DNA of 64,000 nucleotides from Mycobacteriales bacterium. GTDB lineage: Bacteria; Actinomycetota; Actinomycetes; JAFAQI01. Positions 28,422 to 36,222 of this stretch are shown here, piece after piece. The notes under the pieces were generated by a model. That model did not search any database and was not told where the DNA came from. It worked only from the letters and a program-made list of their open reading frames with translations. Position numbers and translations under genes: made by a program. The stretch spans positions 2,637 through 66,636 of the forward strand of contig DASZRO010000092.1 in assembly GCA_035550055.1 (NCBI GenBank), written 5' to 3'. Position 1 is the first letter of the stretch, and every line of letters starts with the position of its first letter.

Positions 28422-29474
28422 TCAGGAGGCGGCTTGGTGTTGCTCGGGTTCCCAGGCGGGGCACCCGCACTCGGGGTGGGCGAGGACGGTACGCCGGCGA
28501 AGCGTCAGCTCGGACAAGCCCAGCTCGACCGTTCCGCCGAGCAACGGCGAGACGAAGCGCGCGTCGTCGAGCCAGGCGAGGACGTGCATCGCGGTCAACG
28601 ACGCCGCCGCGCTGGACAGCGCCACGTCGCACGGCTCGACCGGCCGCGTCTCACCGACGAGCTGCGCGGCGAGCACCGGCCAGACCGGGTCCCGGTCAGC
28701 CCGGGCGAGCTCGAGGCAACGCAGACAGGGCGAGCGGCCGGGCACGACCAGCGGCCCGATGGAGGCGGTCGTCTCGCGCACCATCACGAGCAGATGCGCC
28801 CGGCGACGGACCCGGACCAGCCACTCCGGCGGGAACGCCGAGCCGGTCGGGGCGAGCACGACCAGCGAGCGATTCGAGCCGTGGGAAGCGCCGCCGGCGG
28901 CCGCGGTGCGCACCGTGCTCACGACCGCGTTGGCGGCGTCCCCGCGCCGGTGGTGCACCCCGATGGCCCGGACGCCACCGGGAGCGAGGTCGGCCGGCCG
29001 CAGCAGCGCGGGATCGTCGACCACCACCCGACCGACACCGGCGGCGGCGAGCAGCGCCGCCAGCGTCGAGCCCGTGCGTCCGGCGCCGAGCACCTCGACG
29101 GTGGCCGCCTGCCGGCTCGCCATCGCCCGCGCGGCTCCGCCCGGACGCGGATGGCACAGCGACAGCGACAGCTGGTCGGGGGTCAGCCGGCCGGAGGTCG
29201 CGTTGGTCGGGGCGCCGAGCTCGGCGTCGTCGAGCACGCCGGCACTGCTCAGCAGCTCGAGCAGCGTCTGCCCGCGGTGCACCGGCTGGCCCAGCCGGCC
29301 GGCCTCGGCGATCGCGGCGTCGCTCTCGCGGCTGCCGTCGAGCAGCGTCAGGAGCTCTCGGTCAGCCGAGCTCACGCCGCTGACGACGACCGCATGTCGC
29401 GGATCGACGCCGAACTGAAGGGTGGACGGGTCGCGCCAGAGTCGGCGCAGTGCGGGCTTGAGCACCGGACGCAT
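28422..29474 (-). CDS. ThiF/HesA/MoeB-family E1-like adenylyltransferase domain protein
   Basis: Rossmann dinucleotide fold VLGAGRTGSTLAALLAAAGVGRVVVDD. C-terminal CxxC...CGC. AAGGAG RBS upstream of the ATG at 29474. The N-terminal 100 aa are winged-helix-like. Confidence 0.6.
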   Translation of the reverse strand: MRPVLKPALRRLWRDPSTLQFGVDPRHAVVVSGVSSADRELLTLLDGSRESDAAIAEAGRLGQPVHRGQTLLELLSSAGVLDDAELGAPTNATSGRLTPDQLSLSLCHPRPGGAARAMASRQAATVEVLGAGRTGSTLAALLAAAGVGRVVVDDPALLRPADLAPGGVRAIGVHHRRGDAANAVVSTVRTAAAGGASHGSNRSLVVLAPTGSAFPPEWLVRVRRRAHLLVMVRETTASIGPLVVPGRSPCLRCLELARADRDPVWPVLAAQLVGETRPVEPCDVALSSAAASLTAMHVLAWLDDARFVSPLLGGTVELGLSELTLRRRTVLAHPECGCPAWEPEQHQAAS

Positions 29475-29582
29475 GTGCGCTCCTTGGTGAGGGTCAGCTC
29501 GTCGGGACGGACAGGGCGCCGGCAGCCTGCCACCGCGACCACCCCACGCGCATCCGGCCGTCCACAGGAGCGCAGCAGACAT

Positions 29583-29618
29583 ACGAAAGGCGCCTGACGG
29601 ACTCCGTCAGGCGCCTTT
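29583..29618 (-). terminator. perfect 16-bp stem / 3-nt loop hairpin (gaaaggcgcctgacgg act ccgtcaggcgcctttc) downstream of the DUF5679 gene
   Basis: Read from the sequence. On the minus strand it is followed by TTTCG. Putative intrinsic terminator. Confidence 0.5.
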
Positions 29619-29647
29619 CGGCAGTGCGGGTGCGCTGCGCTGAATCC

Positions 29648-29800
29648 TCAGGCCTTGCCCAGGATCCGGTTCACCTTGGTGCCGCAGACCGGGCAGGGGC
29701 CCTGCGCCATGCGGCGGCCCGACTCGCTGGTGCGGATCTCACCTTCGAACTTGCGCTTCTCCTTGCACTTCACGCAGTAGCCCTCATAGGTGTCGGCCAT
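29648..29800 (-). CDS. DUF5679-like small zinc-ribbon protein (50 aa)
   Basis: MADTYEGYCVKCKEKRKFEGE...GPCPVCGTKVNRILGK gives CxxC...CPxCG. GGAGGA RBS. The family resembles mycobacterial TB9.4 (from memory). Confidence 0.7.
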   Translation of the reverse strand: MADTYEGYCVKCKEKRKFEGEIRTSESGRRMAQGPCPVCGTKVNRILGKA

Positions 29801-29941
29801 CTCGTCCTCCTCGATCGATCGCCGCCGGCCGGGACCGGCCGAACCTGCTGACAACGCTACCGTCGCCACGCTCGAAATCCGTGGATTCGAGCGTGAGCGC
29901 CGCGTTGCCCGCTAGCCTCCGCGGCGTACCAGGCAGCCCCT

Positions 29942-29958
29942 ACCGAATCGGATTCGGT
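29942..29958. promoter_or_regulatory. 17-bp palindrome accgaatcGgattcggt, ~25 bp upstream of the enoyl-CoA hydratase start; second related imperfect palindrome at 29872..29890 (tcgaaatccgtggattcga)
   Basis: Perfect dyad symmetry apart from the central base. Both sites share the GGATTCG half-site. Lies in the divergent promoter region between DUF5679 and echA. Confidence 0.3.
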
Positions 29959-29982
29959 CAGGTTTTCGGGCAGGAGTTCCCC

Positions 29983-30771
29983 ATGAGCGCACCCCTTCGC
30001 GTCGAACGACGGCCCTCCGGGGTGGCGATCTTGACCCTCGCGCTCCCCGAGCGGCGCAACGCGATGACCGGCGAGCTGACGGCCGCGTGGACCGCCGCGA
30101 TCGACGAGCTGCGCGCCGACCCGGCGCTTCGCTCGGTCGTGGTCACCGGCGAGGGCAGCGCCTTCTGCTCCGGCGGCGACCTGTCGTGGATCGGGGAGTC
30201 GCCGGACCTGACCGTCCCGGCGATCCGCGACCGGATGCTGCCCTTCTACCGGGCGTGGCTGGCGATCCGCGACCTGGAGGTGCCCAGCATCGCCGCGGTG
30301 AACGGACCCGCCGTCGGGGCGGGCCTGTGCCTCGCGCTCGCCTGCGACCTTCGCTACGCGGCCGCCTCGGCCACGCTGTCGGCGCCGTTCACGGCCCTCG
30401 GGATGCACGCCGGCATGGCGGCGACGTACCTGCTTCCCGCCACGGTCGGCATCCCGGCCGCGCGCGACCTGCTGCTCACGGGCCGCCGGGTGGACGCCGA
30501 CGAAGCGCTGCGGCTCGGGCTGGTGAACGGCGTGTACGACGGCGCCGAGCTGCTCGACCGGGCCATCGACGTCGCCGAGCAGATCGCCGGCAACGGCCCG
30601 GTCGCGGTGCGGCTGACCGTCGCCGGGCTGCGCAACGGCGCGCCACGCAGCCTCGACGAGGCGTTGCAGTACGAGGCGCTCGCCCAGCCGACGACGTTCG
30701 CCAGCGCCGACCTCACCGAGGGCCTCGCTGCGGCCAAGGAGCGTCGCAAGCCCCGCTTCCAGGGCAAGTAG
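29983..30771 (+). CDS. enoyl-CoA hydratase/isomerase
   Basis: Crotonase motifs (GEGSAFCSGGDL, AAVNGPAVGAGLCLALACDLRYAA). ATG at 29983. Confidence 0.85.
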   Translation: MSAPLRVERRPSGVAILTLALPERRNAMTGELTAAWTAAIDELRADPALRSVVVTGEGSAFCSGGDLSWIGESPDLTVPAIRDRMLPFYRAWLAIRDLEVPSIAAVNGPAVGAGLCLALACDLRYAAASATLSAPFTALGMHAGMAATYLLPATVGIPAARDLLLTGRRVDADEALRLGLVNGVYDGAELLDRAIDVAEQIAGNGPVAVRLTVAGLRNGAPRSLDEALQYEALAQPTTFASADLTEGLAAAKERRKPRFQGK

Positions 30772-31160
30772 CGCGACGCCGGCCCGCAACGCTCGACGCG
30801 GGCCGGGACATCTGGCCACGGGCAATACGAAGCCCCCGAGGCTTCGCACGACAGCCGTTCGCCTTCCCCTTGCGAACGTCCGCCTGGTCAACCACGGGGG
30901 CTCCGTTGACATGACCGTACGGAAGCGGTGGGAGCCGCGTCAACGCCCGTCGACGCCGCCCTGTGGACGATGCTGGGGACGAGCTGGGGACGAGCAGGGG
31001 TGTCGTTGTGGACGTCACTGTCCACCGACTGTGTACGGCGATGGGGACGCCCGCGGCACGCCGTCACGACCTGCGGGAACGCCGTACACCGGTTGTGCAC
31101 AGCAACTCCCCGGCGGGTTTCGCGCCGAAACCGTCGGGTTGCGCCGCTAGCGTCAGCCGG

Positions 31161-31667
31161 GTGACCGCGCAACCGGCTCCGGAGGTCGCTGTCGTGCGCA
31201 GCGCCCGCCGCCGGCGTACGGTCGCCGCGCACCGGGAAGGCGACCGGATCGTGGTGTCCGTGCCGGCGCGGATGTCGCGCGCCGAGGAAGCCCGCTGGGT
31301 CGAGCTGCTCGTGACCCGGGTGCTGGCCAAGGAAGCACGGCTCGCGCCGTCGGATGCCGACTTGCTCGCCCGTGCCGGGCGGCTGTCCGAGTCCTATCTC
31401 GGCGGGCGCGCCGTGCCGGCGAGCGTGCGCTGGGTGGACACGATGCGGTCTCGATGGGGCTCCTGCACCCCGCTCGATCGCACGATCCGGATCTCGCGGC
31501 GCCTGGAGGGGATGCCGGAGTACGTCGTCGACTACGTGCTGTTGCACGAGCTCGTCCATCTGCTCGTGCCCGGTCACGGTCCGGCGTTTCGCGCCGAGCT
31601 CGCCCGCTACCCGAAGCTAGAGCGTGCCGAAGGCTTTCTCGAGGGGCTCAGCGCAGCGGATCGCTGA
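31161..31667 (+). CDS. DUF45/M48-like (YgjP/WLM) metal-dependent hydrolase
   Basis: HELVHLLVPGHGPAF (HExxH) near the C-terminus, with N-terminal VxRSxRRRT. GTG start at 31161. Confidence 0.65.
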   Translation: MTAQPAPEVAVVRSARRRRTVAAHREGDRIVVSVPARMSRAEEARWVELLVTRVLAKEARLAPSDADLLARAGRLSESYLGGRAVPASVRWVDTMRSRWGSCTPLDRTIRISRRLEGMPEYVVDYVLLHELVHLLVPGHGPAFRAELARYPKLERAEGFLEGLSAADR

Positions 31668-31681
31668 CCGACGCCCGCAGC

Positions 31682-32935
31682 TCAGCCCGTCGGGGGGTCG
31701 AGCTCGGAGATGTCCAAACCGTCGTCAGGTCCACGGTCGGCCCAGCCCTGCGGGTCGTCGAGATCGCTCGCGGCGGGCAGCAGGTCGGGGTGGTCCCAGA
31801 TCGCGTCACGGCCCTCGACGCCGCGGCGCGCCGCCAGCGTCTGCCACAACACCGCCGCGTCGCGGGCGCGGCGCGGACGCAGCTCGAGACCCACGAGAGT
31901 GGCGAACGTGCGCTCGGCCGGCCCGCCGGTCGCGCGCCGGCGCCGCATCGTCTCCTGCAGCGCCCCGAAGCTCGGTAGCGACGCGCTCGCGGCCGCGGCA
32001 GTCGTCACGTCGACCCAGCCTTCGACGAGGGCGAGTGCGGTCTCGAGCCGCTCCAACGCCGACTGCTGCGCCGGCGAGTTGGTCGGTTCGAACAGACCCT
32101 GGCCGAGCGCCTGCTGAAGCGCCTCGGGATCCGACGGGTCGACCATGCCGACCAGGTCCTCGATCCGCGAGCTGTCGATCGAGATGCCCTCGGCGTAGGC
32201 GCGCACCGCACTGAACAGGTGACCGCGCAGCCACGGCACGTGAACGAACAGGCGCTGGTGCGCCGCCTCACGCAGCGCGATGAACAGCCTCACCTGGTCG
32301 CCCGGCACCGCCAGGCCGTCACCGAACGCGCGGACCGACTCCGGCAGCAGGGCCGCGACGCCGGCCGGGCCGAGCGGCAGCCCGATGTCGGTGGCGGCCA
32401 CCACCTCGGTCGCGAGCGTTCCCAGCGCCTGACCGACCTGACTGCCGAACACCAGACCGCCGACCTGAGTCATGACACCGATCAACGGCGCCGCCATGGC
32501 GCGCATCTCCTCGGGGATCGCCTGACCCATCGCGGCCGACACCTGGGCGGCGACCGGCTCGACGAGCTCGCTCCACGACGCGCGCGTCGCCTCGAGCCAG
32601 CGCCGCCGGCTCCACGCCTCGGTGCTCGTGACGCCCGATGGCAGCGACGTCACCGGGTCGAGCCACAGGTCGGCGAGGCGGACCGCGTCGGCGACCTCGG
32701 CGGCCTCCGCCGCGGTGGTGCCGGCGTCGGCACCGATCACGGCCATCGCCGACTGACGGGCGACCTGCCAGTTGACCGGCCCGGTCTCCCCCGACATGAG
32801 GTCGCCGAGCTGATGCAGCATCGCTCCCAGGTCCGGAGCGGCGTTGAGCGCGGCGAACGGATCGACCGGCTCACCCGGCTCGTCGCCGGAGCCGCCGCTC
32901 GGGCCGAAGCCCATCGGAGGGCGTGTCATGAGCAA
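31682..32935 (-). CDS. DUF2342-like putative zinc-dependent metalloprotease (coenzyme PQQ synthesis protein D-like hydrolase family)
   Basis: 417-aa conserved actinobacterial protein with HQRLFVHVPWLRGHL (candidate metal site). Assigned by family resemblance only. Confidence 0.5.
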   Translation of the reverse strand: MLMTRPPMGFGPSGGSGDEPGEPVDPFAALNAAPDLGAMLHQLGDLMSGETGPVNWQVARQSAMAVIGADAGTTAAEAAEVADAVRLADLWLDPVTSLPSGVTSTEAWSRRRWLEATRASWSELVEPVAAQVSAAMGQAIPEEMRAMAAPLIGVMTQVGGLVFGSQVGQALGTLATEVVAATDIGLPLGPAGVAALLPESVRAFGDGLAVPGDQVRLFIALREAAHQRLFVHVPWLRGHLFSAVRAYAEGISIDSSRIEDLVGMVDPSDPEALQQALGQGLFEPTNSPAQQSALERLETALALVEGWVDVTTAAAASASLPSFGALQETMRRRRATGGPAERTFATLVGLELRPRRARDAAVLWQTLAARRGVEGRDAIWDHPDLLPAASDLDDPQGWADRGPDDGLDISELDPPTG

Positions 32936-32958
32936 ACGGTAGTTGCCAAGATGGACCG

Positions 32959-33987
32959 GTGGGCACCGACGGTGAGCGCGTTCGCCGTCGGCGCAGCCCC
33001 GCCGTCATCGGACTGACCGGCGCCGACACGCCCCTGGGCGGCGCGTTCGCCGAGCTTGCCCGCGGCCATCCGTCGACGCCGACGCTCACCCGCGTCGACG
33101 ACGTGTCGGCGGCCGCGCTCGACGGTGTCGACGTCGTCGTCCACCTGGCGGTCGACCGGTCGGCGACCACCCCGAGCGCCCAGCGCCACGCCCGCAACGT
33201 GGACGGCACGGAGGCGCTGCTGGACGCCGCCGCGGCGGCCGGGACCGGTCGCGTCGTACTGCTGACGAGCGCGATGGTGTACGGCGCGAGCGCGACCAAC
33301 CCGGTCCCGCTCGACGAGGACGCGCCACTGCTTTCCGGCGCGCCGGCCGGGTTGCTCGGCGAGTGGCTGGCGATGGAGCGGGCTGCCGCTGCCTGCGCAG
33401 CGGCCGGCGGACCCGAGGTGGTCTCGGTGCGGCCCGCGTCCGTGGTCGGCGTCGTCGCCGACTCGCTGCTGCCCGGGTTGTTCGAGGCGGTACGACTGCT
33501 GGCGATCCGTGACGGCCGCTGCCACTGGCAGCTCTGCCACACCGACGACCTGCTCAGCGCACTGATGGCAGCCGCGACCGGGGCCGTGACGGGCGCGGTG
33601 ACGGTCGGGTGCGACGGTTGGATGGCGCAGCGGCAGGTCGAGGCGCTCGCGGACATGCGTTCGGTCGTGCTCCCAGGCGCCGTCGCCTTCGCGACCGCCG
33701 AGCGGCTGCACCGGATCGGCATGCTGTCCTCGCCGTCCTCCGATCTGCAGTACCTGATCGACCCGTGGGTGGTCGGAGCGCAGCGGCTGCGGGCGACCGG
33801 CTGGCAGCCTGCGTGGACCAACCAGGCGGCGCTGGCCGCTCACCTCGACACCCTCGGCGAGCGGGTCGGCAGCAGCTTCGGGCTCCTCGACCGCAAGAAC
33901 GCGACGCGGGCGGCCGCCGGGGCCGGGGCGACGCTTGCCGTGGTCGGCTCGCTGGCGCTGGCGCGCGCCCGCAACCGACGTCGCTGA
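32959..33987 (+). CDS. NAD-dependent epimerase/dehydratase (SDR) family protein
   Basis: VIGLTGADTPLGGAF Rossmann-like N-terminus, VVLLTSAMVYGA, with a C-terminal TM-like tail. Confidence 0.55.
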   Translation: MGTDGERVRRRRSPAVIGLTGADTPLGGAFAELARGHPSTPTLTRVDDVSAAALDGVDVVVHLAVDRSATTPSAQRHARNVDGTEALLDAAAAAGTGRVVLLTSAMVYGASATNPVPLDEDAPLLSGAPAGLLGEWLAMERAAAACAAAGGPEVVSVRPASVVGVVADSLLPGLFEAVRLLAIRDGRCHWQLCHTDDLLSALMAAATGAVTGAVTVGCDGWMAQRQVEALADMRSVVLPGAVAFATAERLHRIGMLSSPSSDLQYLIDPWVVGAQRLRATGWQPAWTNQAALAAHLDTLGERVGSSFGLLDRKNATRAAAGAGATLAVVGSLALARARNRRR

Positions 33988-34049
33988 CTGCCTGATCGGG
34001 CGGCGCGGGACCGCTGAACCGAAGCGGTCGAGCCCCTACACTGACGCGC

Positions 34050-34241
34050 ATGGGTGTCCTCGCGTGGCTCGGTGTGCCTGCGGTCGCCACGGTCGTCGCC
34101 ATCGTGTGGGTCAACTGGGCCGCCCGGCCCCGCGGGCCGGTCGAGGTCGAGCAGTCGTTGGCCGAGCGCGAACGCTTCAAGGCCGCGTTCTCCCGGCCCG
34201 AGGCCACCGTCGAGGTCGATCGGACGCCGCACCACGTCTGA
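34050..34241 (+). CDS. small membrane protein (63 aa)
   Basis: Single TM helix (VLAWLGVPAVATVVAIVWVNWA). Low confidence. Confidence 0.3.
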   Translation: MGVLAWLGVPAVATVVAIVWVNWAARPRGPVEVEQSLAERERFKAAFSRPEATVEVDRTPHHV

Positions 34242-34348
34242 GCGCTTGATCAACTGACCTCAACCTCACCGCGGCGGCTGCCGAAACGCCTATAAGGGTT
34301 CGAATCAGCGACTATCAGCCGTCACGCCTCAGTGAGCCGGGGGACCGT

Positions 34349-35032
34349 ATGGAGCACGTGGTCTTCTACCAGTCGACGCAGGGCACTCCGGCGTTTCGTC
34401 GCATGGCCTCGATCGAGGACGCGGTCAGCTTCGCCGAGCATCTGCGCAACGTCGAAGGCGTCACGGACTTCTCGGTCTATGCGCTGAGCCCGGTGTCGTT
34501 GAAGCTGCGGGCGTACTACCACGTCGAGGTCTCCGAGGCGGTCCGCGCCCGCGCCCTTCCGGCCGAGACCGGCCTGCCGCCGGCCGCCTCCGCACCAGCC
34601 GCGTCCGCGCCGCCCGCTGCGTCCGCGCCGCCCGCAGCGGACCCGCCGACGCGGACCACCGCGGCGGATGTCGCCACGCCGCCCCCGGCGCCGCCGCCGA
34701 GCGCCGACCGCTACGCGATTCCGGAGGACGTTGCGCCGGCCGAGGCGGAAAGCTCCGAGGAGCCGGCAGCCGACGACGCAGCGCCCGCCAACCCTGCGAC
34801 CGCCGGCAGCATGCCGTTCGTCGCGGCGCCGACCGCCACCCCCACCGCCATCCCTACCGCGACCAGGTTCGGCCAGACGGATGCCTTCGTGAAGGACGAC
34901 CCGGTCGAGCCTCCCGCGGCATCTGCGGAGCCGCCCGCCCCGATCGATCCCGGTGTGGTCGACCCGACGGTCGAGGAAGTGGTACCGGTTCCGACCGGAC
35001 GGCGCAGCATGGGCTTCTTCGCCCGCTCGTAG
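34349..35032 (+). CDS. hypothetical protein with Pro/Ala-rich linker
   Basis: Structured N-terminal ~90 aa (MEHVVFYQSTQGTPAFRRMASIEDAVSFAEHLRNVEG), then a PA-rich low-complexity region. Confidence 0.45.
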   Translation: MEHVVFYQSTQGTPAFRRMASIEDAVSFAEHLRNVEGVTDFSVYALSPVSLKLRAYYHVEVSEAVRARALPAETGLPPAASAPAASAPPAASAPPAADPPTRTTAADVATPPPAPPPSADRYAIPEDVAPAEAESSEEPAADDAAPANPATAGSMPFVAAPTATPTAIPTATRFGQTDAFVKDDPVEPPAASAEPPAPIDPGVVDPTVEEVVPVPTGRRSMGFFARS

Positions 35033-35081
35033 TCGCGACCACAGACTCTTCGCAGCACACCCGGATAGGCTTTCGCGGGCC

Positions 35082-36158
35082 ATGAGCCGCCGCGGAATGA
35101 CCTTCGGGATCGCCGCAGCCCTCTTCTTCGCCATGATCGTGGTCGCGGCGCGGATGCCGGTGCCCTACGTCGTACTCGTGCCCGGCCCGGTCACCGACAC
35201 CCTCGGCCACACCACCGCCGCCGACAGCATCACCGGCAAGCCCGGGGACGTCATCCAGATCTCGGGTGCCAAGGTGCAGCCGACCGACGGGCACCTCTAC
35301 ATGACGACCGTCGGGCTGATCCCCGGCAGCTGCGACGAGCACCCGACGCTGTGGGACGCGATGAAGGCGTGGTTCAACTCGACCGAGGCGATCGAGCCGC
35401 AGGAAGTCCAGTGCCCGCCGGGTCAGAGCAGCGCGAAGGTGAACCAGCAAGGCGTCGACGAGATGACCCAGGCGCAAAGCGACGCGGTCTACGCCGCACT
35501 GACCGAGCTCGGCTACCACGCGACGGGCAACGCGGTGTTCATCGGGTCGATCACCCCCGACGTGCCGGCAGCCGCCGTGCTCAAGCCGAACGACGAGATC
35601 GTCTCGGCGAACGGCACCACGATCACCAGCCCGGAGCAGCTCGTCTCGCTGGTCAAAGCACTGTCACCCAACGACTCCGTCACGTTCGTGGTGGAACGCG
35701 CCGGCACGCGGAAGACGGTGCAGGTGCGCACCATCCGCGGCTCCGACGGCAAGGCGAAGCTCGGGATCAGCATCGAGACCCGGCCGACCTTCAACGGCAT
35801 CAACGTGTCGATCGGGATCGACCCGGACGTGATCGAAGGCCCCAGCGCCGGTACCGCGCTGGCTCTGGGCATCATCGACAAGCTGACCCCGGGCGGCATC
35901 ACCGGCGGGCGCACCATCGCCGGCACCGGGACGGTGAGCCGGCTCGGCAAGGTCGGGCCGATCGGGGGGATCCAGCAGAAGATCGCCGCGGCCGTCGACG
36001 CCGGCGCGAGTGTCTTCTTCGCGCCGGCGAGCGAGTGCGCCGACGCCAAAGCGGTCGCTCCATCGTCCCTTGCGCTCGTCGCCGTCACGACGCTGCACGG
36101 CGCGGTGCTCGCGCTCGAAGCGATCAAGAGCGGCAGCGACAACTACCCGCACTGCTGA
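35082..36158 (+). CDS. PDZ domain / Lon-protease S16 C-terminal domain protein (YlbL-like)
   Basis: N-terminal TM, PDZ (SITPDVPAAAVLKPNDEIVSANGTTITSPEQLVSLV), and a Lon_C-like GPSAGTALALGIIDKLT. Confidence 0.7.
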   Translation: MSRRGMTFGIAAALFFAMIVVAARMPVPYVVLVPGPVTDTLGHTTAADSITGKPGDVIQISGAKVQPTDGHLYMTTVGLIPGSCDEHPTLWDAMKAWFNSTEAIEPQEVQCPPGQSSAKVNQQGVDEMTQAQSDAVYAALTELGYHATGNAVFIGSITPDVPAAAVLKPNDEIVSANGTTITSPEQLVSLVKALSPNDSVTFVVERAGTRKTVQVRTIRGSDGKAKLGISIETRPTFNGINVSIGIDPDVIEGPSAGTALALGIIDKLTPGGITGGRTIAGTGTVSRLGKVGPIGGIQQKIAAAVDAGASVFFAPASECADAKAVAPSSLALVAVTTLHGAVLALEAIKSGSDNYPHC

Positions 36159-36222
36159 TGCCGATCGCCGCCTGGGCGCGTAGCGCCACGTCGGCGCCCC
36201 GCGACCTCTAGCCTGGCTATTC

